From NCBI GenBank assembly GCA_951406725.2, contig OX597840.1, forward strand, positions 18,662,001-18,726,000: a DNA stretch of 64,000 nucleotides, in the 5' to 3' direction. Under the pieces are notes generated by a model, which saw only the letters and a list, made by a program, of their open reading frames with translations, made no database searches and had not been told where the DNA came from. Numbering within the stretch: the stretch's first letter is position 1; each line of letters starts with the position of its first letter. Source of the stretch: Octopus vulgaris (Eukaryota). Of this stretch, positions 12,491 to 26,354 are shown in pieces. A program made the translations under genes and the position numbers.

Positions 12491-12779
12491 ACGGGGTTTT
12501 AGTTTCTGTCAATCAAATCCACTCACAAGCTTCTTACCACACAGCCACTCCTGCACATGTATGTATGTAATGTATGTACTGATAGTGGCCGTTGCCAGCC
12601 TTCCCTGGCACGTAAAAAGCACCCACGACACTCACGGAGTGGTTGGTGTTAGGAAGGGCATCTAGCTGTAGAAACAGTCAGATCAGCCTAGAGCCTGGTG
12701 CAGCCTCCTGGCTTCCCAGACCCCGGTCGAACCGTCCAACCCATGCTAGCATGGAAAACAGACGTTAAACGATGAGGAT

Positions 12780-13421
12780 AGATATATATATATACATATA
12801 TACATACATATATACATACATGTATACACATATACATACATATATACACATATACATACATATATACACATATACATACATACACATATATACATACATA
12901 TACATACATACATACACATATATACATACATATACATACATACACATATATACATACATACATACATACATACACATATATACATACATACATACATATA
13001 TACATACACACACATACATACACACACACATATATACACACACACATATACACACACACACATATATACACACACATATATACACACACACATATATACA
13101 CACACACATATATACACACACACATACACATACATACATACATACATATATACATACATACATATATACATACACATACATACATATACATACACATACA
13201 TACATATACATACATATACATACATACATATATATACATACATTCATATACATACATTCATATACATACATATATATACATACATTCATATACATACATT
13301 CATATACATACATTCATATACATACATATATATACATACATTCATATACATACATTCATATACATACATATATATACATACATTCATATACATACATATA
13401 TATACATACATACATACATAC

Positions 13422-13474
<53 letters not shown>

Positions 13475-14397
13475 CATACATATATATACATACATACATA
13501 TATATACATACATACATATATATACATACATACATACATACATATACATACATACATATATATACATACATACATACACATACATACATATACATACATA
13601 TACATACATACATACATATACATACATACATACATATACATACATATACATACATACATACATATATATACATACATACATACATATATATACATACATA
13701 CATACATATATATACATACATACATACATATATATACATACATACATACATATATATACATACATACATACATATATATACATACATACATATATATACA
13801 TACATACATATATATACATACATACATATATATACATACATACATATATATACATACATACATATATATACATACATACATATATACATACATACATATA
13901 CATATATATACATACATATACATATATATACATACATATACATATATATACATACATATACATATATATACATACATACATACATATATATACATACATA
14001 CATATATATACATACATACATATATACATACATATCTATACATACATATATATACACATATATATATACACATATATATACACATACATATATGTATATA
14101 TGTATATATATGTATGTATACATATACATACATATACATATATATACATACATATATACACATATATATACATACATACATATATACACATATATATACA
14201 TACATACATATATACACATATATATACATACATACATATATATATACATACATACATATATATATACATACATACATATATATATACATACATACATACA
14301 TATACATACATACATATATATACATACATACATACATACATATACATACATACATACATATACATACATATATATACATACATATACATACATACAT

Positions 14398-14444
<47 letters not shown>

Positions 14445-14482
14445 CATATATATATACATACATATATATATATACATACATA

Positions 14483-14551
<69 letters not shown>

Positions 14552-14560
14552 ACATACATA

Positions 14561-14634
<74 letters not shown>

Positions 14635-14871
14635 CATATATATATATACATATATATATATACATACATATACATACATACATATATATACATACATACA
14701 TATATATACATACATACATATATATACATACATACATATACATACATACATACATATACATACATACATATACATACATATACATATACATACATACATA
14801 CATATATATACATACATACATACATATACATACATATACATACATACATACATATACATACATACATATAC

Positions 14872-14910
<39 letters not shown>

Positions 14911-14958
14911 CATATACATACATATATATACATACATACATATATATACATATACATA

Positions 14959-15004
<46 letters not shown>

Positions 15005-15223
15005 CATATATATACATACATACATATATATACATACATACATATATATATATACATACATACATACATATATATATACATACATACATATATATACATA
15101 CATACATACATATATACATACATACATACATATATATATACATACATACATATATATATACATACATACATATATATACATACATACATATATATATACA
15201 TACATATACATACATACATATAT

Positions 15224-15256
<33 letters not shown>

Positions 15257-15272
15257 CATACATACATATATA

Positions 15273-15308
<36 letters not shown>

Positions 15309-15706
15309 CACATATATATATACACATATATATACACATACATATACACATACATATATATACACATACATATATATATATATACACATATATATATATA
15401 CACATACATATATATATATATACACATACATATATATATATATACACATACATATATATATATACACATACATATATATATATACACATACATATATATA
15501 TATACACATACATATATATATATACACATACATATATATATATACACATACATATATATATATACACATACATATATATACACAAATACATATATATACA
15601 CATACATATATATACACATACATACATATATATACACACACACATACATATATATACACATACATATATATACACACACACATACATATATATATATACA
15701 TATATA
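12780..15706. repeat. ~2.9-kb compound (TACA)/(TA)/(CA) microsatellite
   Basis: Directly visible; source of the spurious 500-1000 aa ORFs. Confidence 0.99.
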
Positions 15707-16560
15707 ATTGTTATAATATTGAGGGAAAGAAAAAAAAAACCCAATTACCCATGAAGAGAATAAACCAGAAAAGCCAAAAAATTTGAGATATTCTATTGAA
15801 AAAAAACCAAACAAAGAAAATCTGTTTTTTCTCCTCGTTTTACAAAGCTTCGTTTGTTTACAGAAGCTCACAAACAGTTAAATGTTTTGTAGGACACCAA
15901 ATAGTCTTCTAAGTTTTTATCATGGACACAATCACAGATGTTATCCTTCTAGAATTTCTTATTTGTGTGATTTCAATATTAATTTCTCGTTACTATGTTA
16001 CCAACTGATTAGCTATTATCAATAATTAATATTTCACTGGAAGTTTGTGTTGGTGTTGTTGCAGTTGTTCCAAACCAGTATTTGGGTTATCTTGTTTCTT
16101 TACGTTGTTGTTGTTGTTGTTAATGGTATCGAGGGAAAGAGGTAGGGGGCAGTGCCCTTGACCCTTTTCAGAATCTCTGCAGCTGGGAAGAAGAGAGGAA
16201 GGGCGGGAAGACAGAGTTGTCATCATCGTTATTTTATATCCACTTTCCAAGCTGACATGGGTCGGAGGGGTTGCCATGGTTGGAGTCAGCACAAATTCAG
16301 AAGTGCCACTCGTACACGTAGGTCCAGAGGACTGCATATCACTCGTTTCATTTCTGGGGTGGTTTCTATGGCACCCTACCTAACACTAATAACTGTACAG
16401 AGCCTACTCTTTCACTTGCTTCAGTCAATGGATAGTGACCAAGCTGGAGCACCACCTTGTAAGGTTTTGTCGAGTGGTTCTCAACCACTTTTTTACCCAT
16501 GAATCCCTTTGATTTCTATTCTGCTCAAGTGGACCCTCATGGCTATTTGGTGTTTAAAAT

Positions 16561-16985
16561 ATCATCATCATCGTTGTTGTCATATAGAGTCTGCTTTCCA
16601 TGCTGGCATGGGTTGGACAGTGACTGAAACTGGTAAACTAGAGAGCTGCACCAGGTTCAAATCCGATTCGGCAAGGTTTCCACAGCTGGGGGCCCTTCCT
16701 AACACCAGCCACTTTACAGTGTGTAATGGGTGCAATTCACGTGCAGCCAGCACAGTGACAGTTACGTGACTCTGGCATTTGACATAACTACGATTTCACT
16801 TGGCTTCACGGGTCTTCTCAAGTATGACATATCACCAAAGGTCTTGGTCACTTGTCATTGCCTCCATGAGGCCCAACATTTGAAGATCATGCTTCACCAC
16901 TTCGTTCCATGTCTTTCTGGGTCTGCCCTTTCCATAGGTTCCCTCCACAGTTAGAGACTGGCGCTTCTTTACACAGCTACCCTTA
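16561..16985 (-). mobile_element. RTE LINE 3' end including decayed ORF2 C-terminus
   Basis: Minus strand translates ...VEGTYGKGRPRKTWNEVVKHDLQMLGLMEAMTSDQDLW*..., the RTE GRP..W...DL......A.DR..W tail, followed by the same 3' UTR and (GAT)n end. This ties the abundant 3'-UTR family to an RTE LINE. Confidence 0.8.
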
Positions 16986-17597
16986 TATTTTTATAATTAA
17001 ATTGCTTGGAAATTGTATGAAAAATTGTAACAATATTTTGTGTGGACCTGCGCAATTGCCATGTGGTATCCATGAGACCAGGAAAGGCCTTTTGGTAGGC
17101 CTTCATGATGATGGGAAGATGATTTAATCAAGCAATTTGGGTCAAGATGGAAAAGAATGGAGCAATGAAGACAAAATTGGAAGTGCATTGTGACCTGTGG
17201 TGTGTAACAGCATCTAATGACCCACTCAATACTGTGACACACACAGACACACACACAGAAAACACATTCAGTTTCCATCTACCAAATCCACTCACAATGC
17301 CATGATCAGCCCGGGGCTATGGAAGACACTTGTCCAAGGTGTTGCGTAGTGGGACTGAACCGAAGATCACATGGTTGGGAAGTAAGCTTCTCAACCATAC
17401 AGCCATATTTGTACCTACACAACTACACCTCCCGAAACGGAAACAGAATTATCTACAAAAGACGAATAAGTACAGGACGATCAATTTGACCAATTAAAAA
17501 CTGTTGAACTCTGCTCCAGCTGGTCACAGGCTGAGGACCAAAACCTGTGAAAGAGCAAGCAGAAAGAAACAGTTCAACAAAACGAAAGAGAACTCAC

Positions 17598-17677
17598 CTT
17601 TGTGTGTTTTCTGGTGTGTCTTTAAGTTACCTGCGGTGCTGTATGTGCGCGTACAACCCGTAAAAGTACATCGGAAC
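17598..17677 (-). CDS. MTF1: MTF1 coding exon 3, C2H2 zinc finger 1 ([26 protein letters not shown])
   Basis: Near-identical to MTF-1 finger 1 ([23 protein letters not shown]). Acceptor TTTTTCAG, donor G|GTGAG; 80 nt. Confidence 0.97.
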
Positions 17678-18655
17678 CTGAAAAAGAATTGAGAACAATA
17701 TAAATGAATTTTAAAAATAAGCTGCCAAACTATTTTTCTCCTCCTCCTCCTCCCCCTGACTAGGTAACCATGTTCTGCTCTATGGCAAGACATCTGTTTC
17801 TGTCTCTGTGTCTGTCACACCAATCTTTCATCATCTGACACAAAATCACCCCTCCAATGCTACATCACCTCTCAAAAGGATCTTCAGTCTTGCAAGTTAC
17901 CTGTTGATCCTCCCAGTATTGGTGCCTAATGAAAAGCATCCAGTCCACACTGTGAAGTGGTTGGCATTTGGAAGGGCATCTAGCTGTAAAAACCATGCCA
18001 AGACTAACCTTGCTTGTGCTGGTGCCATATAAAAAGCACTGAGTCCACTTTATGGGGTGGTTGGTATTAGGAAGGGTATCTGGCTGTAAAAACCATGCCA
18101 AAACAGACACAGTAGCCGGGTGTAGTCTTCTACCTGGCCAGCTCCTGTCAGACCATCCAACCCATGCCAGCACGGAAGGTGGACATTAAATGATGATAAC
18201 CTACTCGAAGAATCCAACATACAGGCAGTCCTTGAGATTCGTCCATTTGATTCTGCATTCCTCAAAGCTTACTAAAGTTGGAGGAGTACTAGAGTACAAA
18301 ATTGGAACAATTAAATTTTACAACTACAAATATACACACACACACTGTTCCATTTTTACATGCGTGACACTTACAGAGATGAAAGTCAAATAGACCAATT
18401 TCAAAGGCTGTCTGTCTGTGTGTTGTCACTACCTCTGTCTCTCTCTTTCCATTGCTCTCTCTCACTGACTGGGTAACCATTTATCTCCTCTACACCAAGG
18501 CACCTGTTTCTATCCCTCTGTCACACTAACCTCTCATCATCTGACACAAGGCCACCTCCTCCAATTCCCCCACCACCCAACGGTTCTTTGTTTTGTGGGT
18601 TCAGGGATTTCTTTCTAAACATAAAACCAATGGATCCTTAAATATATACATAAGA

Positions 18656-18696
<41 letters not shown>

Positions 18697-19431
18697 AAGT
18701 AATTGATAGGGAAGACATGCACCGAGAAATTCCTTACATAGACCCTGCAACAAAAGTGTAGTACAACGGATGACACCTGGTGGTCATAAGTGGTGAACAT
18801 GCTCTCAAAGGCACACTACTAGGGACATACACAAAACAAGGTTTTGACACTACATTTTAAAGTCTACTATCTAAACTTTGATTTTAAACACTATCCAGCC
18901 ATCCATGCTAGCATGGGTTGGACAATTTGACTGAGGGCTGGTGAACCAGATGGCTGCACCAGTCTTCAATCTTGATCTGGCAGAGTTGGTACAGCTGGAT
19001 GCCCTTATATATATATAGATGTGTGTATTTTTCCCTTGTTAATTAACACGGAAAAAATATATAAATAGTTACCAGGGTAGCAAAAAGATTATAACTCCTT
19101 GTTTTTAAAGGTAGAAACTTTGCATTTACGTGAAATATTTTGCATAATATATATAAATAAATATTAACTCCATTTATTTCTTTATTTATATATATATATA
19201 TATATACATACATACATAAAATATATAGAGTGGCGAATATTTTTAGAAATTTCACTACCAATGGCCTAGCATGTATAAAAAGTCAATAGACAACATATTC
19301 TCAATATAAAATAGTGTACAATAGCGGTGTAAAATAGTGGTTTTGGTCATTTTGACTGCTTCTTCTAGCGTGTAAAAATTACCAGTTAAAGGTAGTTTTT
19401 TCATGTTTAAATGTACACTATTTTATATTGA

Positions 19432-19482
<51 letters not shown>

Positions 19483-20627
19483 CTAGTTGAAATATGCCTG
19501 TCACATATTTCAAATGCTAAATGCAAATCCACTGCAGTTAACGTGGAGAAAACATCTCTCTTATGGTAAAAAGGTGTGAAAACACCCGGTTCATTCAGTG
19601 TCATCATCTATTAGGAATCTCAGAGATGACATTTTGTTGCAGGTAACTGCAGTGTATTTGCCTTTTAGCAGTTTAAATGTCACAAACATATTTCAACTAA
19701 CCTAAATGCTACTTCGTTGTTTTTACATATACATATATATATATAATATAAAAAATATATAACTATTATGGAAATTGTAGTTGTGATACCTGTGCCAGTT
19801 GCACGTAAAAAGCACCAACTGATCGTGGCTGTTGCCAGCCTCCCCTGGCACCTGTGCCTGTGGCACATAAAAAGCACCCACTACACTCGCAGAGTGGTTG
19901 GCATTAGGAAGGGCATCCAGCTGTAGAAACACTGCCAGATCAGACTGGAGCTTGGTGCAGCCTCCTGGCTTTCCAGATCCCCGGTCGAACCATCCAACCC
20001 ATGCTAGCACGGAAAACAGACATTAAACAATTATGATGATGATATAAATATATGCATATATACATACATATATGTACATAACTACATCTATATGTATATA
20101 TACATGCATATATGGGTACAGGACATCAAAAAAACGTTGAACACAATGAGAAATGAAAACATAAAAACAAAAACATAGAAAACAAACTTTTTTCGACCAA
20201 TGAAAAAAAACAAACAGAGTACAAGACATACAACACAAGGAATATTCCTCTTCTTCAGTTGTCCCTGTTTCATCTACTCTGAGTTCCGAAGGTAAGGACA
20301 AGACGCGACTTCGTTGAAACAGTCCTTCCCGCAAAGCAAATTAAATAAAATTTGGGATTTTTTGTGAAGGATGAAAGTGGTAAGAAGAACAGTACTGTGA
20401 GAAAAAGATAGTAAAAATAAATGGTGAAGGTTGTTAAGCCAAGATGATAGAAAAATTATTATGAATTCTAGGAAGACAAACTTATGAGAGGAGACGGGTA
20501 TAAGCATGTGTTGTCATTAGGAAGGAAATGGGCAGAAAGAATCCCTTTCATCACGTGTCAGTGACGAGAGTCAAGGAAGAAGAGTGAGAGGGGGAACAGT
20601 GAAGCGGAGAGGAGAAGAATAATAGGG

Positions 20628-21055
20628 GGATCTTTTCGGTTTGAACGGCAGTTTTTTCTAGCGGTGTCATATGAAATTGTCACCCATAATTATGACCCTA
20701 GAATCGATCTATTGAATTTGACTATCTTTTAGGGTTAGGGTTAGTTAGGGTTAGGGGTGGGGGAAGAGTATCTTTTTTTCTTCACAAATGTAAATAAACC
20801 CAATCTGTTTCTTAAACGAGGGACATCTTCATACAGCACAGAATGTTTCTTTTTACCTCAATGGACGTCATTGATTGGTTGAAATTGCAGAAATTGAAGA
20901 AAACAACAATAAATATCTTACAAACCATAGAATTTTCTCAATAAAGCCAAGAGAAAAAGATGTTTTATAAACACATTCTACCAGTATACGAAGTTTAAAA
21001 CTTTTTAGTTACCTAGAAATTATGTTAAAAACTGCCGTTCAAACTGAAAAGATCC
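20628..21055. mobile_element. TIR DNA element (MITE) with ~28-bp TIRs and 8-bp TSD
   Basis: GGATCTTTTCGGTTTGAACGGCAGTTTT / AAAACTGCCGTTCAAACTGAAAAGATCC; flanks TAATAGGG / GAATAGGG (7/8 match). Confidence 0.8.
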
Positions 21056-21151
21056 GAATAGGGAAGGGTGGGAGAGAAAACCAGAAAGGATGAAGATATG
21101 AGACACACGTATATCCAATATGTACTTTGGCACTGGTAATAATAGAAATAC

Positions 21152-21292
21152 CTTTTCACTTCTTTTGCTTGTGTCTGTGGATCCTGTCTCTCTATAGTCA
21201 GCGTAGCATGTGTAGGGTTAAGGGGCATCGGACTATCACCTGGGTTTATTTGCATTAATATCTGATGTTCAGAGATTGTGTTGTGGATGTAC
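21152..21292 (-). CDS. MTF1: MTF1 coding exon 2 (YIHNTISEHQILMQINPGDSPMPLNPTHATLTIERQDPQTQAKEVKR)
   Basis: Matches the conserved pre-zinc-finger block of MTF-1 (YIHHTIS..QI...INPG..PMP....ATLT......KEVKR). Acceptor TTCCACAG, donor AG|GTATTT; 141 nt, phases 2/2. Confidence 0.95.
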
Positions 21293-22732
21293 CTGTGGAA
21301 GAACAAGAAAAAAATATATAAATAGCAGCAGCACACACAAAGAAAGAACTCTTCTACAGTGTCCCATGTTAGAAATAGCAGCTAAATCTCTCTTAAATCA
21401 CACAATTGTTTTTTAAACTAGTAAAGAAAATGTTATATAATGTAATCCAAGCTATGTTATACCTGAAAATGAAATTAAAAAACTAAGATTGGATGGTCAC
21501 AGCTGGAACATTCTTTAACCCTTTTGTTACCAACCCAGCTGAAACGGGCTCTGAGTACAAATGTCCTGTTTTCATAAGTTTTGAATTAAAATCTTCCACC
21601 AAACCTTAGTCACAATTTGTGTTCCTAACACTAACTTAATGATTAAGTTATTTTACTAAATTCTTTGTTATATTTAAAATGGAAAGAAACACAGAGCATC
21701 TCAACAGGAATATGGTGACAAAAGGGTTAAAATATATATACTAGAGAAACAATTCTTAACCCTTTTGATACCAACTCAGCTGAAACAGCTTCTGGTTCTG
21801 TAGTACAAATGTCTTGTTTTCATAAGTTTTGAATTAAAATCTTCCACCAAACCTTCGTCACAAATACTGTTCCTAATATAAGCTCAATGATAACTAAGTT
21901 ATTTTACTAAATGCTTTGTTACATTTAAAGTAATTGAAAGAAACACAGAGCATCTCAAAATAAATACAGTAATGAAAAGGTAACCTAAGGCTACGAGATC
22001 AGGGCTGACCAAAAAACAACATTGTATTAAAGATTTTATTATTCTAAGGCAGTGAGCTGGCAGAATTGTTAGCATGCTGGATAAAGTGCTTTGCAACATT
22101 TCGTCTGTCTATGTTTTGAGTTCAAATTCCACTGGGATTGATAAAACAAGTACCAGTTGAGTACTGGGGTCGATGTAATCAACTTAACCCACAAAATTTC
22201 AAGCCTTGCATCTATAGAAGAAAGGATAGAATAAATACTAGACTTTTAAAAATGTACTGGGATCAAATCATTTGACTAAAAATTCAAGGCAGTGCCCCAG
22301 CATGGCTGTAGTCTAATGATTGAAAACAAAAGATTACTCAGTAAAATGACTCATTAAGTTGGTGGTTGGAACATAGCATGAAATTTAAACTAGCTGTATC
22401 CAGCCTAAATACTGTTTTATGGTTGCACTGACCAGATCCAATCTCTAAGCAATCACAAAGCTACAAAATAACGCATGATTAATTCAAAACAAGGAGAATA
22501 ACTAAGCATTACATTTGATAGAGCAATCTGGATGCTAAAAGCTCAAACCTGCTCCTTCGTATAAAATGTGACGCTTGAACCTTCAACCTTTTCGATAGCA
22601 ACCTGCCTGAAAGTGTCTATGGTTCTGTAACACTAACTTCCTGTTTTAAAGTGATCCAGTTTAAAATTTGCCCTCAAAATTTCAGTTCACCTTTTTGCAT
22701 TCAAACCAGTCGTGTCTGGGCAAAATATTTAA

Positions 22733-23100
22733 CACTAGCACTATGACCCAGCAACATCGGGTCATAGTGCTAGTGCATGCATATACAGCTGCGTGCATGC
22801 GGACATACACGTGAGTACTGTCCAAATCTCCGACCAATCACATACAGCTAGCTGGCATTCAATTGGCGTATCAAGTTTTGGGCATTTTGATTGGGTTTTG
22901 GATAGAAAATTCACAAAAAAAGTCACTTCTATTGATTTCTTAATGGCTTTGCGGAGTGACTGGGGAAATGTAAAGATATGCACGACCACCCTTGGACGGT
23001 TTTGAATGACCATAGAAAGTGCGAGCCCTCTAACTGAAAAATTGTGGATTTGTATAAAGGACACACACACAGACATTTTGCCGTTTATATATATAGAGAT
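22733..23100 (-). mobile_element. Helitron-like non-autonomous element with palindromic end
   Basis: ACTAGCACTATGACC..GGTCATAGTGCTAGT palindrome at one end and TCTCTATATATATAAACGGC on the minus strand at the other; a related end lies at ~12411-12443. Confidence 0.55.
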
Positions 23101-24511
23101 GCTTTATGATCAAACCAGCCAGATCCAGATTCACCCACCTATGCTACAATGTCATTCTAAAACCATAGAATCATAACACTGAAATCTCAAAACTACAAAA
23201 TAACACAAGACAAAGTGAATAAATAAGCATTACATTTGGCAGAGTGACGGGCTCATAATCACAAGGTCAGGAGTTCAATTCCCAGTGACATGTGTCCTTG
23301 AACTGGACGCCTTTTTCACATTGCTCTAGTTTATTCAACTGGCAAAAATTAGAAGTATCTGTATTTCAAGTGGCCAGCCTCGTGTCACACTGAATTTTCC
23401 TGAGAACTACGTTAAGGGTACATGTGTGAGTGAAGTACTCAGCCACTTGCACATTAATTTCACAAGCAGGCTGTTCTGTTGGTTGGGTCAACTAGAACCC
23501 TCATCATCGTAACTAATGGAATACCAGTTATATTTGGCATAGTAATCCAAATGTTAAGGGTCAATGTCTGTGCCAAACACCAGCTTAATTACAACAAAAT
23601 TGTTTTGCTAAACCCTTCATTATTTTCAAAATCAAAACAGTGTATTTCAACAAAAATATGGTAACAAAAGCGTTGATGCTTTTGATTCCAATCTCTCTAA
23701 AACCATCTTTGGTTCTTTGATAGAAACTTCCTGCTTTAAAATGATCTAAAAACCTTCCACCAAAATTCCATGCTAATATATATATTCCTATCAACAATTT
23801 AATAATAACAGTTATTTTACCAAATTTTTTATTATTCATAATGAACTGAAACAAAAGCAGTGGATTTCAATGGAAATATGGTAACAAAAGGCCTAAATGC
23901 TGACATTTCATTGTGTAATCCTTAGAAAAGATCTCACAGTATCATCAGTAACCATTTTGATACATCAACACAGACACACACACACGATGGATTTTGGGCT
24001 TGACTGAACAAGAAATATTAGTTCTTTGCTCAAGAGAACAAAATGCCATGTGGTATTTGTATTGGCAGCAAGCTGGCAGAATCGTTAGAACGTCGGGCAA
24101 AATGCTTAGCGGTATTTCGTCTGCCGTTACGTTCTGAGTTCAAATTCCGCCAAAGTCGAATTTGCCTTTCATCATTTCAGGGTCGATAAATTAAGTACCA
24201 GTTATGCACTGGGGTCGATATAATCAACTTGATCCGTTTGTCTGTCCTTGTTTGTCCCCTCTGTGTGAAGCCCCTTGTGGACAGTAAAGAAATAGGTATT
24301 TGTATTGGCTCACTGCTCCCTCACTTCAAAATCACAACTCTGTCTTTCATCCTTCAGGGACTTGTCGATAGATTAGCAGAAGCCTTAAAGGGTTAAACAA
24401 GATGCCTTGTGGTGATTGCCTCAACCCACTCTAGTAAGAATCCTTGGGTGCATTTTTGGGATTCCACTGTTGTCAACCAGCTTAACATCATCACCTGGTC
24501 CTTGGCTACCT

Positions 24512-24992
24512 TTAACCCTTTTGTCACCAACCCGGCTGAAACTGGCTCTGGCTCCGAGTACAAATGTCTTATTTCCATAAGTTTTGAATTAAAATCTTCC
24601 ACCAAACCTTAGTCACAATTTATGTTCCTTACACTAGCTCAATGATAACTAAGTTGTTTTACTAAATGCTTTGTTATATTTAAAATTAATTGAAAGGAAC
24701 ACAGAGCATCCCAACAGAAATATGGTAACAAAAGGGTTAAAATATATAATAGAGAAACAATTCTTAACCCTTTCGTTACCAACCCGGCTAAAACCGCCTC
24801 TGGCTCTGTTGTACAAATGTCATGTTTTCATAAGTTCTGAATTAAAGTCTTCCACCAAACTTCAGTCACAATTTATGTTCCTAACACTAGCTTAATGATA
24901 ACGAAGTTATTTTACTAAATGCTTTGTTATATTTAAAGTAATTGAAAGAAACACAGAGCTTCTCAAAATAAATACAGAACTGAAAGGGTTAA
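24512..24992 (+). mobile_element. Dimer of TTAA/CCC-terminus MITEs (second family); also ~21515-21985(+) and 25277-25662(-)
   Basis: Each ~225-bp unit runs TTAA-CCCTTT(T/C)GT(T/C)ACCA ... TGGTAACAAAAGGG-TTAA; units are joined by the linker AATATATAATAGAGAAACAATTC. Confidence 0.8.
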
Positions 24993-25688
24993 TAGAGTCC
25001 ACTCTGTTGTCCAGCTTGAATAACAATGATAAAAGGAATTCATTTTGGAGGAAGGCATGACAGCCACATCATCATCCAACAGATAATACATTGACTCTTC
25101 AGAATGCAGATATCACTCTGTGAAATGTAATGCTGCTTCACATTATCTTGCAGCTTCTCGACTTTGATGATGTGTTAGTCTATCTTTAGAATGACATTGT
25201 AGAGTAGGTGTGAGAGACCAGATCTGGCCAGTTTGAACATAAAACAGAATATTTGGGTTAAATATGTCCAGTTTATAACCCTTTTGTTACCATATTTCTG
25301 TTAAGTTGCTGTCAATATAACAAAGAATTTAGTAAAATAACTTAGCTATCATTAAGCTAGTGTTAGGAACATAAATTGTGACTAAGGTTTGGTGGAAGAT
25401 TTTAATTCATAACTTATGAAAACAAGACATTTGTACTACAGAACCAGAAGCTGTTTCAGCTGGGTTGGTATCAAAAGGGTTAAGAATTGTTTCTCTATTA
25501 TATATTTTAACCCTTTTGTTACCATATTTCTATTGAGATGTTCTGTGTTTCTTTCAATTATTCTAAATATAACAAAAAATTTAGTAAAATAACTTAGTTA
25601 TCATTAAGCTAGTGTTAGCAACATAAATTGTGACTAAGGTTTGGTGGAAGATTTTAATTCAGAACTTTGCCAGAATCACACCCTACAC

Positions 25689-25729
<41 letters not shown>

Positions 25730-26354
25730 ATTAAGTTATTTTTATGTGGTTTCATAATCACTATTGAAACTAAAGTAAATTGTGAAAACGTAGTAGCAAA
25801 CATAAACTGGAATAGGTCATAACGTAAAACAGGATATGGGTCAGCTGATTTCGACATGGCATTGAAATGAAAGTTATTTTTATGATGATTCATCTAAATA
25901 CTTCAATTTGTTCAGGTCATCATAGGTTTACAAGTTCATGTTTAAGGTTTCATTGATTACACTATGCAAGAAATCTTAGGCTTTTGTTTGTCTTTGGTCA
26001 TTAAGTGTTACTTCCTAATTGCTTTGGTCCAGAAAGCAAAGAATATTATTAGTCCTGTCAAACTTTGGTTCTGTGGCCAGAAAAACATTGATGTTTTAAA
26101 AATAATATTTATATATGAAATTGTAATCTGAATGTTTTTAAAGTAATAATACTATTTAATGTATGTATATATATATATATATACAAATTGAGATAAGGGT
26201 TGTAAATGCAACCCTCCATGGGATAACATATATCCAATATACTGCTAGTGAAGTACCCAACAAAGTTAATACATAAATGTTAAGGATTGCGATGCAATCA
26301 ATTCATTTACTGTATTATATGGGCAAAGGTAAAATGCTTTACCACAAATTACTA

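Noticed and set aside
12688-15871. Very long ORFs (up to 1004 aa) of Y/I/H/T or C/M/V/Y
   Set aside because: Stop-free translations of the TACA/TA microsatellite, open in multiple frames on both strands.
20180-20275. CTGAAGA...GAAA on the minus strand as another hammerhead
   Set aside because: Stems II and III could not be formed convincingly.
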